Shown here piece after piece: positions 1 through 13,299 of a stretch of 64,000 bases of DNA (position 1 is its first letter; the number at the start of each line of letters is the position of its first letter). The translations under genes and the position numbers were made by a program. The DNA lies in NCBI RefSeq assembly GCF_009914755.1, contig NC_060930.1; one strand, given 5' to 3'. The stretch comes from the human T2T-CHM13v2.0 reference genome, Homo sapiens. A model generated the notes under the pieces. The model was given only the letters and a program-made list of their open reading frames with translations, was not told where the DNA came from and did no database searches.

Positions 1-1009
1 GGTGTTAGTTACATAATAGTGGCATTGTGTTGTGGGTGCCACCAACAAAGCCCTGAGTCCAGGTGACACAGGGTCATGAGAAATCACATTAATGAGCTAA
101 AGTCCTTACCTACCATTGCTAACTAACTAGTATTTTATTTATGTGTATTTAACAATTATTTTTTCTTGCATAAATTAAGTAATAACACCTGTTTTCTTCA
201 CTTTATTGCTACTTTAGTAGTTATTTATCCTTTCCATTTTATTTTAGCACTGATTAAAACATAAAATGTCTTTAGGAAATGTTATGTCCTAATTTATGGT
301 TTATTTTAATCTTAGCAGTCAAACACTGATGACATTGCATCTCTTTAAAAAATTAGCCTATTATCACACACCAATAAATACATTCTTTAAAAAAAAAATC
401 TCATTCTCAAATGAGAAGAAACCACAAAGCAATGAGGCAATGAAGGAAGAAAAACAAATCCTGAGTCTTTCACCTGGCCCAACAGGGTGTATTAAGAGTA
501 ATTATGGAGTGTATTAAGAATCATTAAAGTAATATTTCCTTGGGTTTCTGTGATGAAGGATGGCTCATCTGTTCACTTCCAATACTTAATTTTTTCAAGC
601 TTGCTGTCTTTCATGTAAATAAAAAGGAAAGAGTAACTTTCCTTTTCCAAAAAACACAGAAGGGCAAAAACTACACTACAAATAGCTTTTACCCTCAGGC
701 TCAAAGTTCTCAATAAATTAAATCTCCATTATTGTTTACTCTGTTGTGGATACAACTGAAAAAAGATTAACCGGGTCCCACTTTAGAGATGAGAAAATGG
801 GCCCACAGAAACAGCCTAAATCAATCTATAATACACAAAGAAACAAAGGCCAGCCTTTCCATCCAAAGGCCTCTCCTGGGATCTCGGTTCACAGTCTCCA
901 TTCAGGGTTCAACAGCACCCCTTCAGGACTGCACCCTAAGTTTTTAAAGGAGGGAGATGTGCAGGAAGGAACACTGACCAGGAGCAGGTAACTGAAGCTC
1001 AGCCCTAGC

Positions 1010-1135
1010 TTTAGCCCATGCTATTTCTATGATCTTGGGAAAGTAATTTTCATCTTCCTATGGCCCCATTTCCTTCAATATAAAATGGAGATAATATTTA
1101 CACCTACTGCCTCAGTGTTTATAAAGTTCAAATGG
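1010..1135 (+). mobile_element. MIR SINE fragment
   Basis: MIR core-like 'tgatcttgggaaagtaat...tttccttcaatataaaatggagataata'. Confidence 0.75.
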
Positions 1136-1796
1136 AGGAAAGGGCTCTTTTCAAAATACAGGCCACCTGTGTTATTTATGAATTTAAAATAGAAGAATAA
1201 AGCAACTAAAATAATGATTTTTAAACTTACATCATCCTCTCATTCATGAATTTCATAAACTCATCTCCTTAAAGTGCTACATGGCATACATGTAAGAATA
1301 AACATAATTTTTTATTTCAATTATTTGTTTTAATCAACTAAGAGAACTATTTTGTGTGTATGTATAATATTGACATTTTATGGTAAGGAAAATTATAATG
1401 TGGCACAAATAGCATATCAATTCTTTTCTTAAAGTGTTGATAAACCAAAAAACTGTCAATATGCTAATAATAAAGTTGCATTTTGCTCTAAATTAAATGT
1501 ACACTTTCGATTTAAGATTTTATTCACAAAATAAACAGTACCACTGCATAAAAAAATTACATGATGATATAAAATACTATGTGAAGGAGTTGGCAAATTA
1601 TGTTTATAGCTGTTCTTTAAACCTAGACAATTCTAATCTAGAATTCGATCTAAAAATAAGATACTTCTGCATTTTTAACCCTTAAAAAATTGTCCATTCA
1701 ATACTACTCATTAAAGCAAAAAAGAAAAAAATTTTTCAACTTACATACAAAAATTCCATGAGTTTTAAAATAATAAGAAAGTGTGCTATAACCTAC

Positions 1797-1864
1797 CGAT
1801 TACTTTGAATAAAGGATATTTATCAACAATTACACTGGGTAAAAACGTTCCTTTCTCTGAAACC
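1797..1864 (-). CDS. Candidate internal coding exon, 68 nt, xVSEKGTFLPSVIVDKYPLFKVIx
   Basis: Minus-strand acceptor ttctttctcattaaacattgctcctccag|G and donor TCG|gtaggt. Only one frame is open, two CpGs are retained and the sequence is non-repetitive. Peptide not recognised. Confidence 0.4.
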
Positions 1865-2823
1865 CTGGAGGAGCAATGTTTAATGAGAAAGAATTATTTA
1901 TGCCTACAAACACAGAACTGTAATAGGTAGTTTTAATGTAACACATCACAGCAGTAGATGCAGGCGGCCAGAAACGTGTTACCTGGTTTTGACTTATACC
2001 CAATTTCCAAGACCAGACTAAGACTTTGTAAACAGCAGGGGCTTTTAGTTTTGTTTTTCCTTATTATTGATAGTGGATGGCAACAATATTTGTGCTGACG
2101 GGGTCTTTGGGAGGAATACTGAGGTTCTCCCTTTTCCTGAGGAAAATGAGGTCTCACTCATCTCCTATTTGCCAGGACTAGTGATCTCAGCACATGCTTT
2201 GTTCTTTTTTCTCTCTGTTTAAGTGCTGGTAGTAATTTAGTGATTTCAATCATTGCTACATTCATTTTGGAATAATAAAGTGATGTTAGGAGATTCCTGT
2301 CATTGCGAAGACAGGTTTTAGGAGGAAAAGGATCTATAGTTAGTCAGTTTTGCTACCAAGAGTAGCCTTTGGTACACTGAAATCAAATTAACTACAAAAA
2401 CATCAGGGATACGTGTGGGGATGGAGCTAGCTGTGGGGAGATGAGCACTGAACCCAAACCAGTCTGGGCCAGAGGAAAACTCTACAGTCTCATCATGCAA
2501 CAAAACAGGGAAATTGGTTTTAGCGTTTTTAACTTTAATTAGTCACATTAATTAATGCTAAAAACCAATGTTAACAGTATATTATTTTCATCTAGTTAAA
2601 TAAAGGATTACACACATTTGAGTAAATTACACAGCATTAAACATTTCGATAACTTGAAATGAAGCCATTACTGTCATTCAAACAAGTTTCCACAGCTAAA
2701 GGCTGAATGTTAAGTATGAACTGATTTGGCATTACAAGAATATAAATCCTTTATCTTTTTACTGAGAAGAAAAAATGAAGAGATTCGATGACTTCTGACT
2801 TGAATAAGTGGTTTGCAGTAGCA

Positions 2824-2857
2824 CAGCGCCCTCCAGTGGCCAAATTTCAAAATGCAG
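2824..2857 (-). promoter_or_regulatory. CTCF binding site (core plus upstream module)
   Basis: Minus strand reads CTGCATTTTG-AAATT-TGGCCACTGGAGGGCGCTG; the core closely matches the TGGCCACCAGGGGGCGCTA consensus. Confidence 0.8.
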
Positions 2858-3829
2858 TTTCAAAGGACAAAGTTCAGTAGCAAATCTTTTCATGTTGAAT
2901 GGTGTTAAGCTGGTAACATTAGCTCCTTTTTCTTTTCTCTTTTAATATAATTGTTTATCTCAGCACATATTTTCAATATCAAACCATTTTTCTATTGCCA
3001 AATTTCCCTCACCAAATTAAAATTCTTCTATTCAAATCTGATTTGTTTTCCCTCAGAAATATTCTGAAAAGTAAAAAAGAAATCAAAGCGAAACAAAACA
3101 AACCTAATGTGGACACAGACAACTGCAATGAGAGGGAATTCTCTATACGCCTCAGATAATGGCGAATGCCAGCACTAGAGTAGTAGTAATGAATTCTTAA
3201 GTGTTAAAATCCAAACTCCAGAGTAAGATTATACAAATTATGGAACTCTATTTTGCCTGATATACATCATGATGAGTACATATGGTGAGTTCAAAGTTGT
3301 AAGCATATCTTTTACTCATTTTTTCTATATGTGAACATTTCTGTTTTTAAATAACAGTATAAAAGATTTCACTGTATGCACATTCTTTCACTATTACAAC
3401 TCCTATTAAAATGGATCCAAATATTTTTCTGTGGAAGTAGGAAAAGATAACCCTTTGGTTACCTTTGCAGATTACCAGAAAAGCTCCCTTAGGCCAATCT
3501 AAAATACTCCTATTCTTGAAAAGACATTGATTTCTCACAATGAAAAGAGATCATAATTCCACTTTTAATAACTACTGCCATAGAGTAAACACTTATAATA
3601 TTCTTGGTCTGCCAAATAAATACTGCAAGGCATCTGGGGGCATACAAGCATTGCCCCGGATCCTATACCAAATAGTTACTAGGTAGCATGAGGGAGTTTG
3701 CTATCAAAAGGATAATAATAACTAGCTATTTTTTCCCTTTTCTGCCTACCCAAAGAATAGAAAAGTTTAAGCATGTTTTAAAGAATCATACCTTTCACCG
3801 AAACCGACAAAGCAACTCTATATAATGTC

Positions 3830-4045
3830 AAGAACAATGGCTGTGGCCTTGCATCTTGTTTCCACCGCTACAGATCAAAACAGGCAAATAACATCTCTGT
3901 GTTTCGTTTCTTCATCTATGAAATGAAGATAATTGTTCCCATCTCATGGGAATGTGGTGAGGATTCATTGTAATGATGCAAATGAAATAACTAAGCCTGA
4001 CTGCCTGAAACTCACACGGGAGATCTTCAAAGAATGTTAGTTCTC
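3830..4045 (+). mobile_element. MIR SINE
   Basis: 'tttcttcatctatgaaatgaagataattgttcccatctcatgggaatgtggtgaggatt' MIR core and 3' part. Confidence 0.75.
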
Positions 4046-5046
4046 TTCTCCATCTATTCTTACCAACAAAAGAATGCAGAAGACCTATTTTCACCAGAAG
4101 GAGGACTGGAACCAGAGTTAGCAGGTATGGAGTCACATGGGTGAATCAATAAAACCCACTCAAAATTTCATCTATGAAAAACCTGTCCTTCTTTATTATA
4201 CATTAGAAGACCCAAAGATGGTTCTGGAAGCAAACACACTGAATTCTGGAAAGGGGAGGAAAAGGAACAGAATTGGCATTTGTTATGTGCTTCATGTGCT
4301 ACTGGTTGCACCCAGCTTTTCTATACATAATCGTATTACTTAAGGCACCACAGAACTCTATACAGCAGTTAGAACTGTGATGGAACCAGTGAGGCTGGCT
4401 TCCTCTTATCCAAGTATGACTGGAGGACAGGGCTCAAATGACCGTGCAGGTGCATCTGGGCGGGGGTATAACAATGAAGAGGAGGTGCAATAACAGCCCC
4501 GTGGGGATGATGACAGACAGAATATGCTCATGAATAAGAATGTCTTACTTATCCCATCTTAATTACTTTCTTCTGTCTCTTTCTTCATGTTTAAGTATTA
4601 AGAGCAGTGAGGTGGTAAGAAATGGTATGGGAGTCATATCAGAATCCTTTGGAGAGAAGAGATGGGCACATGTGTCATCTAAAAAAGCATTTTCAAAATT
4701 ATAATAAAATACACAACATTTGCAAAGCAGGCTTTCTGCCCGTTGTGACCGTGAAAACAAAGCAGCTGAAGAGGCCTGATGTGAAAGTGACCTCCTCTGT
4801 GCTCTGTCACTGGCAAGAACAGGAAAAACACTTGGGGCAAGCAAGCCAGCCCCACTTTCACACATGACTCACACGACTGAAGGAAAGAAAGGGCATCCTT
4901 CTCAGGCTGTCACTGCCTTCTTTTATTACAATTCTTACTTTTTATAATATTTTAAATAATATTAAAGGAGATGTAAGATTTGTAAGTTTATCAAAGAGAC
5001 ATGAGTTTTTAAATGTTGAGAAACACATTTTTCTAAAGATGCAAAT

Positions 5047-5359
5047 CAGCCAGGCGCAGTGGTTCACACCTGTAACCATAGTACTTTGGGAGGCTGAGGT
5101 GAGAGGGCTGCTTGAGCCCAGGAGTTCAAGACCAGCCTGAGTAACACAGGGAGACTCTGTCACTACAAAAAAAAAATTAAATTAAATTAGCTGGGCACGG
5201 TGGCACACACATGTAGTCCCAACCACTCAGGAGGCTGGGGCAGGAGGACTGCTTTAGCCCAGGAGGTTGAGGCTGCAGCAGGACATGATCACACCACTGC
5301 ACTGCACTGCAGCCTGGGTGACAGAGCAAGACCCTGTCTCTTAAAAAAAAAAAAAAAAA
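5047..5359 (+). mobile_element. Alu (AluJ-like)
   Basis: Dimeric Alu with 'gcttgagcccaggagttcaagacc', poly-A plus (GA)n tail, degenerate TSD agatgcaaatca/agatggaaatca. Confidence 0.95.
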
Positions 5360-7164
5360 GAGAGAGAGAGATGGAAATCAGCTTCAGGAAAATGAGAGGG
5401 TAAAGGGAAAAAGGACTCAATGGACAATTTTAAAAATTCGGGCTTTTGGCTAATGGTCATTCCAATTAAAATGCAAATGAATGAGGCTTCTAGCTTTTGC
5501 CAGCTTGCCAAGTACCCTATGACTTACTAGTGGCAAAAGCCATCATGCCTTCCCTTGCTACGTTAGTGTCTAAAACAATGCCCTAAAAGCTTAAGAGAGC
5601 TGGTGGCAGACAGCAAAGTAGCCAGGGCCTAGCCACATGCTCTCACCAAGATCCACCCTGAAGGTGAAAACTTTCAAGCAGGGAAGCAAAGGTACCAGCA
5701 TGCCCCCTTATCAACATGGGAAATACCTTTTTCTCAAAAGACAAATGCCACAATACAGAACTATGACCATCTAGCAAGCAAATGACAGATGGGTCTAGAC
5801 ACATAAGGTAAAGGACAAAATTGGTTTTGGTGACTCTCTGAATATTCATGGAATCTATAAAAGTCCAATTCTTTTAGGATGCAGTCTGTTAGAAATGAAT
5901 ATGCAACTGTACCAAATAAAAACAGTGTATTTCTCAAAATGCACACAGGGAGGGGACTTTTCCCACCTCCCACTGCTGTCACAGGCAGTTGCTGTATACG
6001 ATCTAGTATTATCTGAACTGTATATTGATTTGTGATTTATATTCTCTAATGTAGGTCCCAAGGATACACTTTTTTTCCCCAAACTGTACTTCCTCTGGAA
6101 TTTCACACATCACAAAAGATGCAACATTCAGTAAGATGTTTCCTAACCATAGCATTAGAACGGGCTAGCTCTTCAAAATGATCAGGTTTCCCGGACCCTA
6201 CACATGGCAGCAGTATGGAGTCCCTTTTTGCAAATTTACCAGTTCATGATATGGAAAGAAAGAGAACGAGAAAGGCAGTGAAGGGGAGGAAAGGAGAGAG
6301 CAGAAAAGATGAAAGGGAGGAAAAGAAAACTGAGAAGAATAAAGTATTCAGCAAGAAGGAACTGATGTCAAAAAGGATGACTACTTACAACTAGACCTAT
6401 TAACAATAAAAACCATTGTATGGTAGAGGATTTCCAAACCTTGTTGCTACAAAACTCCAACTACTGAGCAACCATTACAGCAAGCAAAGGCTTCAGAGCT
6501 GGCTATTCTCTCAAGTCCCAGGCAGAACCGAAGGTATTATTTTAAGTCTTAATTAAGCAAGCTAGGCTACAGTCAAACTGCAAGCAACCCACTGAGGTAG
6601 CAACAGCTAGGTTTATAGAAAGAGGTATTTAATAAGAATAATGTGTGTTAGGCATGCTGAAAAATGGATTTAAGGCTGAGATGCCCCTTGGTCTCAATAC
6701 TGTTATGTTTGAATCTTGTTGGCTTTATGGAAACAATAACTATAAAGTGTCTTTCACATTAATAAGAATTTCCAGCACAACCAACATCCAAGTGATTCCC
6801 AACAAATTATCAGACACAGAAATCTGATCATTTACAAAAGTGGTTTACTGTACAAATTCAGCTGCCTGACGCACCTGTCTATAATATCTAAAACCAAATC
6901 CAACCTATCCCAGTTTTTCCACAACTAGGTTGTTCCAGGACTGGTGAGGTATCAAGGATGAGTCACAACACCAGAGCTGGACTCTGCCATCCACACTCCA
7001 TGTTCATGGGCAAGAGAATGCTAAGCATATTTCTTCACAGACTGTACTAAACAGTTCTACATCACATAAGCTAAATTTCTTTCATTATTTAGAGACACAT
7101 ATATTTCAAAATTTGTATGGTTCTATCTTTTTCTATCTAGTACTAAAAAAAAAAAAAAAAAAAC

Positions 7165-7360
7165 AAGGCAAGAAGTAACCCAGAAAAGGATGTAAGAGGA
7201 ATACTAGCTTTTAAATGCCTTGGCTCAGAAGTGTCCTGTATCCCTTCCACTCATAGCTCGTTGGCCTGGGCAAGTCACAAAGCCCAAATCCAATAGCAAC
7301 AAAGGCTGGGCAACATAAGGGGACACATGAAACCTGTGGTGAGCACCACTATTTCTACAC
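7165..7360 (-). mobile_element. MLT1-type MaLR LTR fragment
   Basis: 'cttccactcatagctcgttggcctgggcaagtcacaaagccca' resembles reverse-strand MLT1. Confidence 0.55.
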
Positions 7361-9891
7361 ACCATCCAATTTCAAAATTATTTGATTCTAAAACCCAAGA
7401 AGCCCCGGACCACTCCTCCTGTAAGCGTCACTATCCACACCAAGGATGTGTGTACCCTCTACTTTGGTAACCCCCCACGCCCCACCCCAGTTGATACTGA
7501 GGCAGACCTCAGTTCTGTGTTGATTTTCTCACAAAATTACATTCAAAACAAATGGAGCCCTAAAGATATAAATTCCACAGAACAAAGACCTGTACAATCA
7601 AGTTAAATCCCCACACATTTTTATCCACATCAATTATGTGTCATTTAAAAGAAAGAAGCCATAGTAATGAATGATCTAACATAACTGGAGTCTAAACAAT
7701 GCCTGTCAGCAACTGCGAGAGGTTCATCTTTTATAGTTGGTCTTTTGCTGAGCCTATTTTCGTCAGCTTTCTTATTTTCTCTTTAATTTTGCTAAGTGAA
7801 CACTATTTTGACAGGAGGTTAAGCAATACACCAAAAAAAAAAACAGAGAAAAAATATTAACAAATTAAGCACTTTTGTCTCATCCTCCTCAGCACACTGC
7901 CAAGTATTGCCCATTGTACACTGCAGTCTCAGAAAACACTGCTCACAGGGACCGCCCGCTCTGCATTCAGCACACAAATCACTCTGTGATCACATGCATT
8001 TCTCTTTATTTTTAAAATCTCCTCATTGTTGCCCATGGCACTTGAACACTATTATTACTAATCCAGCTACTCCTAATAATAGTATTTAAGTAACTTGTCA
8101 TCTTGGGAACTTTATAGACAATAGCTAATTAATTGTCAAGCATTTAATGTAACAGGATTCTAATCTCCAACCTCTGAAGCAGGGTATTTATTTGTTATAA
8201 TGGTAAAACTTCTGTTTAAATTGCTTATTTATGCAATATATATTCTCTATCATCTCAATTCTAATTTTTATATCTGCTTTGTAAGTAAAATAAAGAATCC
8301 CATGCAGAAAGACACAGACAGTACACTTCACAAACAGTAATGAATCTCTTGTGACTTCTTTTATTCACACTACAATAGATTCTATATTACCATGCAGAGA
8401 AAAACAAAACAAAACACCATCGATTATTTCCCTCGTTTGCTCACAGTATTCTGATAGCAACAAGAACTTGAAGGTGCAGCATGCTGTCTTAGGACTGTGA
8501 GTAAATACGATATTCTGTTGACATCTTGTTCCTGCTTTCAAACAACCAGGTATGTTACATATGAACTGTCAGAGCACTGAATAAGTTTTCCTGTCTAAAT
8601 GTGCCCACATTCTTTTCAGAGACGTCATCTTAAGCTGAGCTCCGTATCTTAGTTGAATACTGCAGTTAACAATTTCTTAACTTGCAATAGTCATTTCAAA
8701 TCAATATTTAAAAGGTATAATCATTACTACTTGTCTGCTAACCTTCCCCTCACACACACCATGCATACTTTCCATGTGGCAATGGAAATGGTCTGAATCC
8801 AGCAGAAAATAGAAAGGTGTCAAAGAAAGAGAGATAGAATCTCTTTCTCAGGCCCTTAATGAGGTCTCCAGAGCCAAAGGCAAACCAATAACAAATTGTA
8901 TTTTCCACATATTGGGGGATGGAGGGGGGAGGAAAAGGCAGCAGAGGGGTGGTAGTAGGGGGGACCTGGAGCTTGTCATCTGAAATTAATTGAATTTAGC
9001 CATGCCAAGAAAACACTGGTAATAAACCCTCCCCATCTAAATTAAGGGTTTTATACCATGAAAAAAAATAAAAATTTACGGCAGTAATTTCATCTGGGTT
9101 TTTCAAAAAGTGCTTGCTGATTTTCTTGTACTCAGTAGAAAAATCCCCAAGGAGCAATGCAGACTGCAATAAGGCAGACTTCTAAAAAGATACCATTTAA
9201 TTTCTCACTCCTCCCTTTGCACTATTACACACTTCCACTTTTCTCTAACTCAGTATTAACTCTCTCAACACAATTCTCTTCCATTAACTCTGAGCAACAT
9301 CTTACAGGGCAGGTGAGAGTGCCTGATCTGCAAATGCCTATCCATTGCTCTTAGCAAGATAAGGACAAGTCAAGAAAACCAGAAGCCCCGGAAGCGCATG
9401 CATGAATTCTTTATGATACCTGGCCATCTTAATTGAAGGCATCAAAAGTCTTAAAGGCTTAAAAATAACCCCAAAACAAATCCATCACTCAATGTCTTTA
9501 ATGCCAGTGACAAGAACAGATGAGTGAATTCAGTTCCCAACTTGTGGGTCATAGGCGACATGGCAGGTACAGAGGCCAAGCACAGATATATCTGCAAAGG
9601 TTCTGCAGATCTCCATGGGTACAAAGCACTGGCTGAAGACCAAATGTTTAATGTATACAATATAGAGTATTCATTTTCTAATGAATTTTCTATCTAATGT
9701 CCATAGATATTGCTGTGATGAATAAAACAGAAATTTATTAAAACGAGAACAAAATTCACAGTTGCTTTTTGTTCACTTTCTCAATGGATGCTGTAAGTCA
9801 AAAAGTTAACTTACAGTTCTAAAAATTTTTTTAGGCCAAAATGAGCCTTCACATTGAAGAAGACAGAGAACACCTGACGCGAGTGTTAGTG

Positions 9892-10119
9892 CAGGTTGAG
9901 TATCCCTGATCCAAGCATCCAAGATCCTCCAGAATCTGACTTTTTTGAGTGCCAACATGATGAGCAAAGAAAATGCTCATTGGAGCATTTCAGATTTCAG
10001 GTTTTCGGATTAGGAATGCTCAACCAGTAGGTATAATACAAATATTCCAAAATCAAAAAAAGTTCAAAATCCTTAACACTTCTGGTCCCAAGCATTTCAG
10101 ATAAGGGACACTCAACCTG
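9892..10119. mobile_element. Tigger4a/Zombi-like MITE (TcMar)
   Basis: Terminal inverted repeats caggttgagtatccct...agggacactcaacctg, TA at the right flank, about 230 bp. Confidence 0.85.
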
Positions 10120-10280
10120 TATCTTCAGTGCTTTCCACTTGGGCACATAGTAAACACTCAATACTTGTTGATCATAGATGTGAGTACATTTTTCTTGGCC
10201 CCTTTTTGCATCTAGTTTTTCTTTCACTGCAGTCCCTGCCAATTTACATCACCAATCCCATCCCTTGGTGTATAAGAGAG

Positions 10281-10712
10281 CAACAGTTCTCAAAATGTAG
10301 TCTGGGGACTCCTGGGAGTCCCTGAGACCCTTCTGGGAGGTCTGTGAGATCAAAACTTCTGAATTCAGAGAAGTTATTTACCTCCCATGTCTGTGCACTT
10401 GAGCTTTCCACAGGCTCCATCACCTGTTCTGTCACAACAGATTGAATGAGAAATGGAGAATCCAGCAGTCTTCTCTTTATTATGCCAGACATTAAGGAGA
10501 TTTGCAAGGCTACTCTCTCCATTAAATTAATTTTTAAATAGTTATTTTTCATCAAAAATGATATCTATATTGACATGTAATGGGTTTACTGTTGTATTTT
10601 TAAGACAACAAATAAATATTGACATATCCTGCATAAACAAAAGCTCTTTGGGGTCCTCAACAATTTTTAAGAGAATAAAGGGCTCCTGGGAACAAAAGTT
10701 TGAGAACTACTG
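10281..10712. mobile_element. hAT-Charlie element (Charlie4a/MER80-like)
   Basis: TIRs caacagttctcaaa...tttgagaactactg; internal 'aagctctttggggtcctcaacaatttttaagag'. Confidence 0.75.
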
Positions 10713-11494
10713 GTATAGAGATAGCAATCTGCAATATCCTGGTGTCAATGAGAAGCTGGTTTCTATTGTCAAGAACTCTGCTAATCCCTAGAGATGCTGA
10801 TGCTGGACACCTGCCAGATGGGGATGTTGTAAAGGGGATTCAAATGTTGGCTTGGGTGGCTGGGCCAGCTGCTCACCATGGTCTGTTCTAACAGAAGATT
10901 CTATAATTCTGTCTGAGAGGGAACCTAAAGAAGTCTTTCAGAGCTTTGGCTACTGACATGGAATATGAATAACACTTAATTTACCTTCATTTTGCTACCC
11001 ACGAAACAATATGAGTACATTTTTTTTCCATGGTGTATTCTCTTCATTTTGGTATAATATTTCCAACATTTTGGAAGCAAGGTGATTTTTAAATTTTGCT
11101 TGTTGAGTTTTTATTAAAAGAAAAGCTTTCTCTTCCATGTCCAGCCTCCTACCATGTTCAAATCACAAAGACCAGTACCATTTGCTCTGAAGGGAAAGAA
11201 TGCTAAGGGAAGAGGACTCTGAGAATGTCCTATAGACCAAGGTCAATAACGAGGCAAACATTCTGCTGACAGAAATCCCCAAGGCAAATACACAAATACC
11301 AAACCTGCAGAGATGAGCAGGATATCTTCATCTTCTGCGCAGGTCTTACTCTTGCGTAACACAGAAATAGGATGGCTTATCATTAATGAGCACACTGTGC
11401 CCACAGAAATGAATAAGTTGTTTAGAATATATGGCATCAGATTCATGAAGGGAAAGAGCTATTAGGAAAATAAAATGACCATACTTGTGCAATT

Positions 11495-11750
11495 TGATTC
11501 AATTCAATGAACGTTAACTGAGTGCCTGTTACATTCCAGCCATTATTCTAGGTGATCATGAAGAGAGGATAAATAAGCTTTACTGTCCAAGAACTCACAC
11601 TCTGAAAGGGAAAACAGGTAAATCACTGTAACGCAATGTGATAAGTGATATAAAAGTAGGTGCTCCACACTATGGAAACAGATGAGAAAGCAATTAATTC
11701 AGTTTGGTGGAAATAGGGGAAAACTGACATTCTACGTGTAATGAAAAGGG
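11495..11750 (-). mobile_element. L2 3' end
   Basis: 'attcaatgaacgttaactgagtgcctg...' is the reverse complement of an L2 tail. Confidence 0.7.
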
Positions 11751-13299
11751 AGGGAAGTGAGTTTATGCCTAACTCACTCTCCAATCTCAGCTGAGCCCTC
11801 ACTATCTCCTCATGCTCTTTCTATGTGTCACTTCTATTATTCCATTCTCCACAGCAGCTACATCACACCTCCTCCATTCCTCTCATGTCTCCTACCCAAT
11901 CCCCCATCGCCCTACTCTCAGCAGCTGTTCCCGCTGCCTTCTGCAGAAATGAAAGAGGAGGGGCAGCCTCTAGCCAACAACCCACAAACAGGGCTGCTGC
12001 CCTCCCCCTTCTCTCCAGGAGACGGCCCAGGCTAATCTCTCCACCAAGACTTTACAGCCCATCTACCTGTTCTCCCTTCTCAGGTAGCTCTGCTCTTCAA
12101 CCTCTCCCTCTCCAACCTCTCTCTCTCCTGATTTCTTATCACTAGCAGTTAAACATGCTTCCCCAACAGCCCTCTCAAGTTACTATTTTTTTCTCTTAAT
12201 GCCCCATAAATCCCAGAGCCAGGAGATAGAGGAGGCAGCTGTCCTTGTTCCCCCCTACTACTCTCAAACCACTTCATCCCTTTTTGCTTGCAACTCTCCC
12301 TGCCCTTTCACAGTTCTAGCTCCACCCACACCAGTCACCATTACCTACCAACTTCACACTCATCCCACCAAACTAAAAACTTACACTCCTGGCTCACTTT
12401 TCCTCCACTCCTACTGCTGGCATCACACGCCAACAATAATGCACACTATGTAAACAATATATTGGCCTCCCAGGTCCTTCATTTCCTCAACTACAGGGAT
12501 CCTTTCTTCCGTTAAACCTCAGTGATTCAAATCCATGGGCAACTCCTTCAGTTGGTCAAGAAAAATCATAACTCTGCCAAAATCTAAATGCAAATATATC
12601 ACACTCTAACAGCCCTTCCCATCCTTTCTATTCATTTGCTTTATTGTCTCCATTGCTAACAATTCTTGCCCCTCTTTGAACCTTCTAATCCACTGATCCC
12701 GCCACAGTCTCACAACCCCTTTCTGCCCTCATTTCCCTCCTCTGTTCAGCTTAGATACTATGGTCTATATATAATCATTCCCTTGCAGAGTGCCCTCACT
12801 TCCCCGTCTGTCTCTTTCCATCATACATGCCTGGCAAACTTCAGCCCTAGATGATCTCAAGTATCCATCTTCTCTGGGCACAAACCCAAGTAACTGCATA
12901 CGGCTAGAGAAAAATCACACAATTGGACTTCATTTCAAATGCAACACTGCTCAGCAATCTTACTACACTCCCGCTCCTACTTTCTAGGAATTCTTTTGTG
13001 CTTTGAGCTTTCCAAGTAACCTCCTCTTTAACTGATGATCTGCTATTATTTTACGGAGACTACAAACTTCCTCATGTTACCACTACCCAAGCTACAAAAT
13101 TATGGGCATCTATAATTTTCCTTCCTCCCTTTCCCTATGAAAGTCCAATCCCTCTACTGAACTTTAGACCACATCTCCTCTTACCTTTTGAGGACTTTGC
13201 ACTGTCACTGTCAGTTAGATCCCTCTTCTCCTGTATCATAGATCTCTCATAAACTGCGGGTGAAATGTGGATTTTTTTAGGCTTTGGGGGAAGTTATTA

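Noticed and set aside
3463-3498. Other minus-strand AG…GT pairs (36 nt here; also about 1983-2017, 23604-23664, 25684-25746)
   Set aside because: Weak polypyrimidine tracts and unrecognised peptides; expected by chance in long introns
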